In this document: one piece after another, positions 15,515 to 26,990 of the stretch
Layout of the letters: the number at the start of each line of letters is the position of its first letter
Numbering within the stretch: position 1 is the first letter of the stretch
NCBI RefSeq assembly: GCF_006345805.1
Contig: NC_043009.1
Coordinates: 49,724,001 to 49,788,000, forward strand
Reading direction: 5' to 3'
DNA length: 64,000 nt
Source of the DNA: Octopus sinensis
Lineage: Eukaryota
Program-made: the position numbers and the translations under genes
Notes under the pieces: generated by a model
Databases searched by the model: none
Told to the model about the DNA's origin: nothing
The model's input: only the letters and a program-made list of their open reading frames with translations

Positions 15515-15944
15515 CGGCGAGCTGGCAGACACGTTAGCGCGCCGGGACGAAATGCTTAGCGGTATTTCGTCTGTCGTTACGTTCTGAGTTCAAATTTCGC
15601 CGAGGTCGACTTTGCCTTTCATCCTTTCGGGGTCGATAAATTAAGTACCAGTTACGCACTGGGGTCGATATATAATCGACTTAATACCTATGTCTGTCCT
15701 TGTTTGTCCCCCTCTGTGTTTAGCCCCTTGTGGGTAAATAAAGAAATAGAAATAGGTATTTCGTCTGTCGTTACGTTCTGAGTTCAAATTCCGCTGAGGT
15801 CAACTTTGCCTTTCATCCTTTCGGGGTCGATAATAAAGTACCAGTTTCGCACTGGGGGGGGGGGCGATATATAATCGACTCAATCCCTTCGTCTGTCCTG
15901 TTTGTCCCCTCTATGTTTAGCCCCTTGTGGGCAGTAAAGAAATA
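15513..15944 (+). mobile_element. SINE family A dimer (head + 2 body units)
   Basis: Full unit 15513-15753, then a second unit restarting at GGTATTTCG (15755). The same compound microsatellite (TA)n(TATG)n(TG)n flanks both sides, consistent with one TSD. Confidence 0.92.
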
Positions 15945-16773
15945 TATATATATATGCATGTATGTATGTATGTGTGTGTGTGTGAATATATCATCGCATA
16001 CACACATGTATGTATGTATGCATGCAATGTGTGGAAAACAAATATTGTCTGCCCAAATAATATACATATACAGAAAGAGAACAGTATACACAAACTTAAA
16101 ACGAAGAGATGACTTTGTTCGTGGCAAATTAACGTATTCGTTAAGACAATTAATTAAGGCAAGTTAGACTTAATAGCGTCACCTACGTCTTAGCACATAA
16201 ATAAACCTGCACAATATAAACTACGATCAACATCGTTTCCATTAATTTCAGGAACCCGAAGAAATGCTTCAGGTTTCTGGCACGATTTCTCCAAAGTCTT
16301 ATAGTAAATGTGGCAACACCCTGGAGTTTATTTATTCGATTTGTTTGACACAGCCGACAGCATTTTACTTGCCTGAAATCGTTGCGCGAGGAGGTGGGGG
16401 TTACAAATCTACGTCTGGCACGAATAGTTAAAACATTGCACCTACTTTCAGTCACGATTTCAAAGTGAAGTAAAAGATTCTGGCAAGCGACTGCAATGTT
16501 ATCAATATGCACAGCAGTGCAGACACTTATAATTGGGATAGTAATATTAATATCGAAGTCACATTCCATAAGAGAGATTCGGCAGAAGCTGCACGTTCGA
16601 ATTAGACAGTGAGACGACATAATACCTGTGTGTGTGTGTGTATGAGTGTATAATCTTTATTGGCTGAGAATTACAATACGAGTTACTCAAGCGTTCTACT
16701 TTACGCATTAAGACAATTGTCGGACACGAGTTTCATAAACGTGTAACATGGAACAATGTTAATAATGATTATG

Positions 16774-16925
16774 TTTCTAATTTATGCACAAGGCCAGCAA
16801 ATTTGAGATAAGGGAATCAGTCGATGTCACCGACTCGATTTTTATCGAACGTAAAAGGACGAAAGGTAAAGATGGCCTCGGCGGGATTTGAACTCAACAT
16901 AAAGTTTCAGAATAATTACCACAAA
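16774..16925 (-). mobile_element. Decayed SINE-A relative with alternative 3' tail
   Basis: GCACAAGGCCAGCAAATTT ... GGACGAAAGGTAAAG ... CTCGGCGGGATTTGAACTCA resembles the 48174-48381 copy. Confidence 0.65.
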
Positions 16926-16956
16926 GTACCTTTCCCGGGCATTAACGATTCTGTCA

Positions 16957-17104
16957 GGAAATTTCGAACCTGGGTTCCCATTCCTAAGGTCTTTTCGATA
17001 TTATTATTATTATTATTATTGCTCAGGTCACTGCTTGGAATCGAACTAGGAATCTTGGGGGTAGTAGCCCGCGCTCTTAACCACTACACCATATGTCTGT
17101 GGGC
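16957..17104 (-). mobile_element. tRNA-headed element (SINE-like) with internal (AAT)n
   Basis: Minus strand reads ...TATGGTGTAGTGGTTAAGAGCGCGGGCTACTACCCCCAAGATTCCTAGTTCGATTCC (A box TGGTGTAGTGG, B box GTTCGATTCC), then (AAT)7, then ATCGAAAAGACCTTAGGAATGGGAACCCAGGTTCGAAATTTCC. No acceptor stem, so it is not a tRNA gene. Confidence 0.7.
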
Positions 17105-17913
17105 CGCATGCCTTACCGTATTTGTTCTGGCTCTTTGTGTTCTGAGTTCAAATCCCGCCATGGCCTACTTAGACAGTAGACATAACACTCACTTGGCACC
17201 TTAGCTGCCTTTAGTAGATTTCACTGTAACAAGCACTGGAGTGAGGTTTCTGATTTGAAGGATACCTTCCTTCCTTCACACTAGTCTTGGAGACTCTATA
17301 ACGGGTCATGAATTCTGCTCCCGCTTAACAAAAAGATATAGGGGGGGGGGGAAACCTCAACCAAAGTTTCCTTTTCTGCAATAATCCGAAGACTAATAAA
17401 AAGAAAGAACAGCATTTTCTTTCGGCGTTTTACCGATTTGAAATTCTATTCTCATCGACTGGTAATGAAAATCTTACTGTGAAAATTTGATGTGTGTGTG
17501 TGTCTATGTATGTATGTATATATGTATGTATGTATGTATATATAAACTAGCTGTGGATCAAGTGGAAGAATGGGTTAAAGAAATAGCCCCGGAGAAATAA
17601 ATACAATAACTATCTAAGAACAAATGTACAGTTCTCGGGTTTAGAGTTCAAAGCTGACTGATCACCGGAGGAAAGATAATTTCAAGAAAAGTGCCGCAGA
17701 ACAAGTGCACGGAATAAATTCCTCGGATTAGTGCGGATTAGTGCTACTTAATTCCAGATACTTTATTATCCTTAGAGCAGAATTAGTTATCAAACTTGTT
17801 GTCATTTGGAGACGACTTTGAATGGTATGGAGGAGGGCAAAGAAAACTGTGTGCATTCTAAGTATATGTTTATTTGAAACGACTAAACCCTTCTGGTTTC
17901 CTATATTATAATG

Positions 17914-17948
<35 letters not shown>

Positions 17949-18631
17949 TGATGAAATTCAAAATCTCTCTCTCTGTTGCAGTAAACGTCCAGAAATGAGG
18001 CAAAATATTTATATTATTCATGTTGTTGCTGGGACACGCGCGCCAATCAAGCCGGGAGAGAAAGTTCGTGGTGAGAATAATGGATGATTTGCGGAGAATT
18101 TTCTGCTGAAAATCGTAAGCCGAGTAAAATAGGTTGGAGAGGTTAGAAGCCGGTAGGACGACTATACAGAGCCAGCGAGGTGAACGACCAGGTTTCACGC
18201 TGAGCGAGCCATGACAGCATCATGTCAAGCTTTACACAAATCCTACTCTAATTGGGAAGGTTTTTGAACTGTTTTCTACAGTTTTTTTTTATTCGTCGTT
18301 ATATATTATTTTCGAAGGAGACAAAGGAAAGGAAATAAGAGAATTTTAATCCAAGTCTGTGGTTGGTTACCTTGTAGCAAAGTGATGAAATTGTATTTAT
18401 CTATTTATTTCGTTTCGACATAACCACCACATGGTGGCAGGGCATTCGCTTTAAATAATACTCACCCACTGAGAAGTTCGTTTGCTCGATAAGCATGGAT
18501 AAGGTATATAGAACCGTTCTTAATTCACCAAAAAAAAAAAAACAGAAATAAAAATAGAGAAGAAATGCAAACATGATAATAATAATCATCATGTTACAAA
18601 TTTTAGCATAAAGTCAGCAACTTTAAGAAGA

Positions 18632-18905
18632 GAGGATTAGTCGACTACATCGACCCCCAGTGCTCAACTGGTACTTATTTTATAGACTTCGAAATAATGA
18701 AACGTAAAGTTGACCTCGCTGGGAAATCGTATCTGACGTGCTAACAATTTTGCCAATCAACCGCCTTCTTAATAATTATTTCTAACACTGGTACAGGGCC
18801 AGAAATTTTGGAGAAACCGACTCCCGTATTTAACTAGTTCTTTATCGACATCAAATGGATGAAAGGTAAGGTAGGTCTCGCTAGGATTTGAAATCAGAAC
18901 ATACT
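18632..18905 (-). mobile_element. Two adjacent decayed SINE-A relatives
   Basis: AGTCGACTACATCGACCCCCAGTGCTCAACTGGTACTTATTTTAT (18632-18765) and GGTACAGGGCCAGAAATTTT...GGATGAAAGGTAAGG...GGATTTGAAATCAGAAC (18775-18905). Confidence 0.7.
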
Positions 18906-20445
18906 GCTTTCTTAATAACTTTCTAATTGTTTCTAATTTAAGCCCAAGGCCAGTAATTTTGAGGGGAGGAGAGTTAGTCGATACCATCGAAGCCCAAATT
19001 TGCTCACATGATACGCACACGGGTATGTATAAGTATAAACTTCATACCAGTTTTATCAGAATCATTTGTCAGTCTTTGCAATAAATACAATCTACCAATT
19101 ATTACAATTTACTCTTGTTTACAACCAATCACTATAATTACTGAAGGGGTTTCAGCGAACGGAAGGTACCCTTCGGTTTCGATTCTCACTATTATTCATC
19201 AGATTCATTCATGTCACTGAGAAATATCGCCTTCTCTCTCACTATCAAAAATGTCTCTAAATAGCGTTCGACTCTCGAAGTTGGTTAGTGAAATTATCGC
19301 CAGCAATATACGTGGGATGAACATTCTGCGTTATTAGAGGCTTGTGTAGAGGAAAGAAAGAGATTATTACAGACGTGAACAGAGTTTTCTGCTTGATTTT
19401 ATCTATTTTTTTTTTTTTTGCTGTTGTTTTAATCATCTATGCAGAGAACAGGGATTACTGCATTCAAGTATTTATAGAAACGAATAGGTATCTAGCTGTG
19501 GAACGGATAGGCACAAGTTCTTCTGGGAATTTTACTTGCAATGAAGATTTACCTGAGATTCACTCGATGCCACGTAATTTGAAGTCAAAGCAACCGAACC
19601 TTGTGACCTCCTGCATTTCGTGAAGAAAATTCTTAATTATCATTAAATGTGTACTTTATGCCAATGTTCTGTAACTGTTTCTTACAGCTTCTTCGCTGCA
19701 TTATTATATCCAATAACTTAATGAAATCTCTTAATGATATCAGAAAGTAAAACGAGACATTTGATGTAATATAGCCATTAAAACTTACAAGCTTAATCTA
19801 ATTTAGAGAGGAAAAAGAGAGCCAAATATATTTAAAATGTATGCAAATCAAACACCAAAAATACTGAGAGGAAAATCTGCTTTGCCATACGGCAGAGAGT
19901 TAAAGACAATTATAATTGGTGGGTCTGAAAATCTTATTTAAAACTGGGATCAATTTCAACGCAACTTCTATAAGGTTACACTTGATATCTTAACAGAGAT
20001 ATACCATACCCTTGCGAAATTAAACATAGACTTATGTGTAACAATACACTACTCCGATGCGCGAGAAATTATACACAGATGTGAATACAGACACACACAA
20101 ACATGCATTTTTTTTTACTGGTTCCATCCAGTATGTGTGGGTTTAAATGTGTATTTGTGAATCTGTGGAAGTAATACATTTTCTCATATACACACAACTT
20201 AGATACTATATGTGCCAGATTGAGCTGTTTTCTTTTTAAAAGTAAAACCTGCAAGACTGTCTTTGTATTAAGCAAAAATTTGAGGTGGCAACTACTGAAA
20301 TGAGAGTAGCAATCCACGACACGGTTTCGATTTTCCAGTTAAAATATTCTCCATGCACATAGATCGTATATAAGTATGGGACAGACTTGAATGTCACGCC
20401 ATCACATATGTCTTTAAAAAATGTTATAAAGAAAATCTGTAAACA

Positions 20446-20853
20446 GGCGCAGGAGTGGCTGTGTGGTAAGTAGCTTGCTTACCAACCACATGGTCCCGGG
20501 TTCAGTCCCACTGCGTGGCACCTTGGGCAAGTGTCTTCTACTATAGCCTCGGGCCGACCAAAGCCTTGTGAGTGGATTTGGTAGACGGAAACTGATAGAA
20601 GCCCGTCGTATATATGTATGTATATATATATGCGTGTGTGTGTTTGTGTATCTGTGTTTGTCCCCCTAGCATTGCTTGACAACTGATGCTGGTGTGTTTA
20701 TGTCCCCGTTACTTAGCGGTTCGGCAAAAAGAGACCGATAGAATAAGTACTGGGCTTACAAAAGAATAAGTCCCGGGGTCGAGTTGCTCGATTAAAGGCG
20801 GTGCTCCAGCATGGCCCCAGTCAAATGACTGAAACAAATAAAAGAGTAAAAGA
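20446..20853 (+). mobile_element. SINE family B, full length
   Basis: Head GGCGCAGGAGTGGCTGTGTGG, CORE-like CCTTGGGCAAGTGTCTTC, internal (TA)/(TG) tract, tail (GAGTAAAA)n. TSD GTAAACA at 20439-20445 and 20854-20860. Confidence 0.94.
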
Positions 20854-21603
20854 GTAAACATGATACCTAATAAAGAAAATAATTAATAAAAAATAGAGTG
20901 CCCTCGAGTAAAAATTCATGGAAAGCGGACAGATCTAATTTCATTACATCTGTTCCTGTCTGAGGACGAAGTGCAGTTTGTAATATTTAGAAGAGACCAG
21001 GACATCATTTGCAGACCAGAACAATAAAACTGAATGGAGAAGCGAGGAAAACAACTTTTAGTTTCTTCTCATTTTATAGATACATATACGAGCGTTTATA
21101 TCTTATTTCACTGTATTTGCTTCTATCGTTCGATGAAACTAACAAAAACTACGTCACCCAAACAGGTAATAATGGACGTATAGTGAAATTTATTTTCGGT
21201 CTTGGAGGCCGAAGAGGCCATAAAATGACATGGAAAAAAAAGACTACCGGTGAAAAAGAATACGGCGGAGAAAAATAAAGTCTGCAGATGAAGAAAAACA
21301 TTAGAAGAAGATTACAGATGAAAACGACTGTAACAAGAGAGGAATTTTATAGAATATAAGACCAAGAAGACTTGAGAAGAAGTTATTAAAAGTATGAGAT
21401 AAGAGAATAAGAAATTATACAAGACAATAACTAGAGTAGAATATTGAAGACGACACAAAGTACCATCATCGGTATCATCATCATCATCATCATCATCAAC
21501 ATTGACATAAGTAGCACTAAAAACATTCAAACATAGACCAAGAATATGAACACTTTTTCAATAATTTACGAGTTTCTGTTTAAGAAACAAATGAAAGAGA
21601 GAA

Positions 21604-21651
<48 letters not shown>

Positions 21652-21822
21652 GGGGATAGAAAGATGGAGAGGAAGAAAGACAGGAGAGCATAAAAATAGG
21701 AGGGAACTGATAAGAATATAAATGTTTAATACACATCGGAGCCACAAGGAAGACATTGGAATAAGATTAAACTAAATAACCCCCACCTCTCTCTCTCTCT
21801 CCTCCTCCTTTCCTTATATATA

Positions 21823-21855
<33 letters not shown>

Positions 21856-22095
21856 TTTATTATATACATGTGTGTGTAAGATAATAGAGGAGACGAGGAA
21901 TCTTAGGTTCCGTTAGTCATAAACAATGCCTAATAGCATTACAGGATTCAGCATAATCATTACAAACACACATGTGGATGTGTCTATACATATATATATA
22001 TATATATATACATACATACATACATACATACAAGCGTACGTACACATACACACGTGTGCGCGTATGCATATGTATATATATAATATATATATTAT

Positions 22096-22128
<33 letters not shown>

Positions 22129-22611
22129 GTATGTATATATATTGATATTACACATACCTCCACACCATTCAGCTTTACATGCGGTCGTGTATAAAATCTA
22201 AGAAAATATATTCATACGGATAAGCTTATGTTTGTATCTACATTTATCTACTTCTGAATGAATGAATGAATGTGTGTGTGTGTACCACTTATCTGTAGAC
22301 ACTTTTTCACTCACACACACACACACACAACACACACACACACGCACGTTCAGGCATATGTGCGCGCGTGGTTGCGTGTGTATATTTCTCAGTAACGAGA
22401 GAATCACACTCCATTCCGTTTCGCGCCGTACGTTACGGAATCAACGTTTGCACGTAAGCCAGGAAAACTCCGAGTAGTAGTAACAAGGAATTGGACTCAG
22501 AACCACAATAATGGAATGAGTAAATAAATATTCAGCTGTATTGAGTACAATACTGTCCTGCACATTCAATCGTGCATTACATCCACAAGAGTTTGTATAT
22601 ATCTGTATATA

Positions 22612-22740
22612 CAGAGTGTCCCCAAAAAATGTATACACATAGTGGTTCGGCAAAATAGAACGATAGAATAAGTACTAGGCTTACAAAGAATAACAGATTT
22701 ACAATTATTTAAGGTGTGTATACATTTTTGGGGAACCCTG
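22612..22740. mobile_element. Tc1/mariner-type MITE (129 bp)
   Basis: TIRs CAGAGTGTCCCCAAAAAATGTATACACA (22612-22639) and TGTGTATACATTTTTGGGGAACCCTG (22715-22740), with TA on both sides (22610-11 and 22741-42). Confidence 0.82.
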
Positions 22741-22748
22741 TATATATA

Positions 22749-22783
<35 letters not shown>

Positions 22784-23419
22784 GATATTCATGCGCATGT
22801 ATGTATATGTGTGTGTGTGTATATTTTCTGTGTAAAAGTGATACTCTCTATTTCAGTTGATTTGTGGTGAAAGACGAAAAAATCAAAAGTGTCAATGTAC
22901 ACAGACATCATGTCATCGCACTGGAAAACTAACGAAAAGGAAAAAAATCGATAATGCCTACACACATAACACACGGAGAAGCAAATGAGCACACGCATAC
23001 ACACACACATATATATATATAAATACACACACATACATACGCATATAGAAACTCTTTATTCCCTATCACACAGAGACAGGATATATATATACCGTATCAC
23101 ATTTATTTATTTATTCGTACTTTATCCGTATTTATATACACCACACAAACTATATACATTCATACATACATGCATATATGTTTTCACGTATGTAAGTACA
23201 CATGTAGATAAATAGACATAAAAACAATATATTCATGTTTGAATACACACATATACACACACACATAGACGCGTGTATATGATATGCATTATAAATGTAT
23301 ACATGTGCATATGTATGTAGCTATCTCTATATATGTGTACGTGTACCTATACATGTAAATATACACATATACATATATTACACAAACATCCACTTATCTG
23401 TGTATGTGTGTGTGCATAA

Positions 23420-23422
23420 TGC

Positions 23423-23505
<83 letters not shown>

Positions 23506-23951
23506 TGTACATATATATATACAATATATACATATATATATACATACTTATATACCATTATTACATATACACATATATATACATAATATATACATACATA
23601 TATACACATATATATACATATATATAAACACATATATATACATTATATATATACAATATATATATACAATATACATAATATTATATATACATACATTATA
23701 TATACATATATATACATACATATATATATTACATATATATACATATATATATACATACATATATATATATACATATATATACATATATATATACATATAT
23801 ATACATATATACATATATATATACATATACATACATATATACATATATATATACATATATATACATATATATATACCATATATAATACATATTATATACA
23901 TATATATACATATATATACATATATATATACATATATATACATATACATAC

Positions 23952-23984
<33 letters not shown>

Positions 23985-24015
23985 CATATATATATATATT
24001 TATATATATATATAC
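23420..24015. repeat. ~600-bp degenerate (TA)n/(TACA)n microsatellite tract
   Basis: Direct reading; source of the IYIY ORFs. Confidence 0.97.
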
Positions 24016-24443
24016 ATGCACAGATGTACACAGAATCATACAAGTAGGCCATTATATTATAGAAATTCGTATATGCAACAAATGAATTCCTACAGATATG
24101 TATGTATGTATGTATGTATATATATATATATATGTTTGTGTCCGTTTGTGCATGTCTAAATATTGAGATAACAACAAGCGTCTGTAATATGTTTGCGTTT
24201 GCAATTATATAAATACACCTCTACAATATTAATTCACAGTAGACATGTAAACAGAATTAAAGTGATTAAATGCGGCAAGATGTTCGATGGAAATTGTCAA
24301 GTACGTGCTATCAAGGGAACGGCATAGTGTTGGTGGTGGTGATGGTCGTGGTGGTAGTGCCATAAACAGGCACGCATATTGAACAGTAGTGAAAGGACAC
24401 TTTACTAAATTACTAAGACTCACACGGTCACTGGAGTGTAGAG

Positions 24444-24475
<32 letters not shown>

Positions 24476-24579
24476 GAATTTATGTATGTATATATTGCGC
24501 ACGTATGTGTGTATATTCGTATATGTATACTAGATGCACCTTTATGTGTAATAATATATGCACGTGGTGTGTGCGCATA

Positions 24580-24611
<32 letters not shown>

Positions 24612-24678
24612 ATAATATATATATATAATATATATGTTCAAACATGAATGTGTATGTTGACATACACACAAGTGCAAA

Positions 24679-24749
<71 letters not shown>

Positions 24750-24752
24750 TAT

Positions 24753-25040
24753 ATTGATTGATTGATTCATTCATTCCAGTTTCAGCTCATGAGCTGTGGC
24801 CATGCTGGGGCACCGCCATTTGGTGTTGCTACTTGGTTTCACTTCATGGGGCTTTCTAGCAACTGCTATTTGGTGCATGAGAGAGTTCGATGCAGCTGCC
24901 CTCATCTGCCCCTCCTGCCGTGAAGTTGGTTCATCTGGGACACCTGACAGGAAGAGATCCAGCTCCATTTTAAAGACACCTGTATCCACCCCATGCAGGT
25001 CTCTCAGGTTCATCGGGAGGATATTGAAGAGCCGTGGGCC
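24753..25040 (-). mobile_element. 5'-truncated non-LTR retrotransposon: ORF2 C-terminus plus 3' end (CR1/L2-related group)
   Basis: Minus frame GPRLFNILPMNLRDLHGVDTGVFKMELDLFLSGVPDEP...RAAASNSL matches the typical LINE ORF2 C-terminal pattern (GPRLFN.LP..LR......FK..LD.FL..VPDEP). It ends in a stem-loop and an (ATGA/ATCA)n tail, and lies between (TA)n and (TACA)n. Clade assignment is from recall. Confidence 0.85.
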
Positions 25041-25128
25041 TTACATACATACATACACATACATACATACAACTATGTGTGTGTGTTGGGTGAAAGTGTA
25101 TATGTGCGTCTGAATAATATGGCGGATC

Positions 25129-25266
25129 CTCCATCGGTTGCGACGAAGAGCACTCAGCTGTTCGATCAACCAAACTCACTTCTCGTTAAATTGACGGGTA
25201 TGTCACTGGGTATTTTCCACAGCCGCCGTGTACTTTTAATGCAACTTGTCTTGTTCAACACGTCAC
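25129..25266 (-). mobile_element. Old relative of the SINE-C 3' region
   Basis: Minus strand ...ACACGGCGGCTGTGGA...CGTCAATTTAACGAG...GTTGATCG...CTCTTCGTCGCAACCGATGGAG aligns by eye with 31645-31779 (ACACGTGTCTGTGGA...CGTTGATTTCACGAG...GTTGATTCG...CTCGTCGTCGTAACCGACGGAG). Confidence 0.65.
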
Positions 25267-25430
25267 TCAGGGGAATCAGAGTAGAGACCTGATGACACAG
25301 AAGCGAATTTCGTAACTATACATGTATGCGTATGAACATGCATGTATGTATGTGTACGTGTATGTACACACACACATATAAGTACATGTCATATGATCAT
25401 ATAGGAACATATATATATATAGTCATGATA

Positions 25431-25612
25431 GATCGTTAGCTGCTACATACATTTTTTTCTCTCCTTGTTTTTTCTGTGTATCTTTCTGTCGAAGAGCGTA
25501 GGCTCGAAACTAAAAGACTTTTTCTATTCCTGAGCGCTATACTACTAATACATTTGTTTGGTTTGTACATCACCTGCGTTCGTCTTTGTTTATTTTTCGT
25601 AACTTTCCCTTT
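25431..25612 (+). mobile_element. Penelope-like terminal repeat remnant containing a degenerate type I hammerhead motif
   Basis: TCTTT-CTGTCGA-A-GAGC(GTAG)GCTC-GAAAC-TA-AAAGA at 25481-25517, followed by a T-rich tail ending in (TA)n. Confidence 0.55.
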
Positions 25613-26128
25613 AATATATATATATATATATATATATATGATATGATATATATATATCTATATATATATATATAATATATATATGCACATATTAAACATC
25701 TGTAAAATTATATTCAAATTGTGTTTGGTAAATCTAATGAACAGGTTCACATTTATGTGACCACGCATACCACAAACAGCCAACCTACATGTATATCACA
25801 TGCCACAAGAACACAAACATACATAAACATGCGCATTCAGACAAATATACATAAATACGTACATGCATCTACATATACAGGACCTGTTTATAGACTCATT
25901 TACTTTTATACTCATCCCCCTAATACCGGTAGTAATATAAGTTCATGGAAACAACGAATGAATACAACAACCACATATATCATCCAAAAGAAATATGTTT
26001 GAAAAATGTCATAATCAGAGATGGCTCAGACAATCCTAAATAAATCACTGACTGTTCGCACAACGAAGTGTGTACACGTTAAATGGAAGCTGGTATAGTT
26101 ATCTTACAGCATTTTTTTTTATTCCACA

Positions 26129-26520
26129 GCAGGAGTGGCTGTGTGGTAAGTAGCTTGCTAACCAACCACATGGTTCCGGGTTCAGTCCCACTGCGTGGCA
26201 TCTTGGGCAAATGTCTTCTGCTATAGCCCCGGGCCGACCAATGCCTTGTGAGTGGATTTGGTAGACGGAAACTGAAAGAAGCCTGTCGTATATATATATA
26301 TATATGTGTGTGTTTGTGTGTCTGTGATTGTCCCCCTAGCATTGCTTGACAACCGATGCTGGTGTGTTTACGTCCCCGCCACTTAGCGGTTCGGCAAAAG
26401 AGACCGATAGAATAAGTACTGGGCTTACAAAGAATAAGTCCCGGGGTCGATTTGGTCGACTAAAGGCGGTGCTTCAGCATGGCCGCAGTCAAATGACTGA
26501 AACAAGTAAACGAGTAAACG
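26129..26520 (+). mobile_element. SINE family B, near full length
   Basis: Same head, CORE-like segment, internal microsatellite and tail as 20446. Confidence 0.93.
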
Positions 26521-26990
26521 AATCATCTTTACTTTCCATTCCAGAAGTTGACAATATATATACCAGTTATGTATACAGAGATCGATTCATTTGATCATCT
26601 AAATTCTAAATTTTCCTTTTCAACATTGGGAAGTCCTACGAAATTGAAGGGCTGTAAGGATTTATTAACTAGTACCGTTGGCGTCTGTCGAAATGTTTAT
26701 GTCTGTTTTCGGGAGCTTTTCTCCCATTCGATTTCGTTGTCCGATTTGAATTATTTTTACTGTTTAAAGTAAAGGACGACAGAATGTCATACTTTCGGTT
26801 TCCTCTCCCTTGAAAATGTCATGTTCTGTGACATTCTTAAGAAACTATTTATTGATAGTGGCGCGGAAAGGATGAGATTTGAAGTCAAAAACCACCATAT
26901 ATGGGAAATGAAGTCATTATGGAATGCTGTGATCAAGCATTGAATTACGACAACGAAATGGCTCCAATTAAATAATGAAACCGGATCGTA

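Noticed and set aside
19150-19210. Minus-strand CTGATGA...GAAAC with a plausible stem III (GAAGG/CCTTC)
   Set aside because: Neither stem I nor stem II of a hammerhead can form; likely coincidence.
23295-24085. Long ORFs (up to 220 aa) of IYIY/HTHT/IYLS type here and throughout the window
   Set aside because: They are translations of (TA)n, (CA)n, (GATA)n and (AAT)n microsatellites, with no coding signature.
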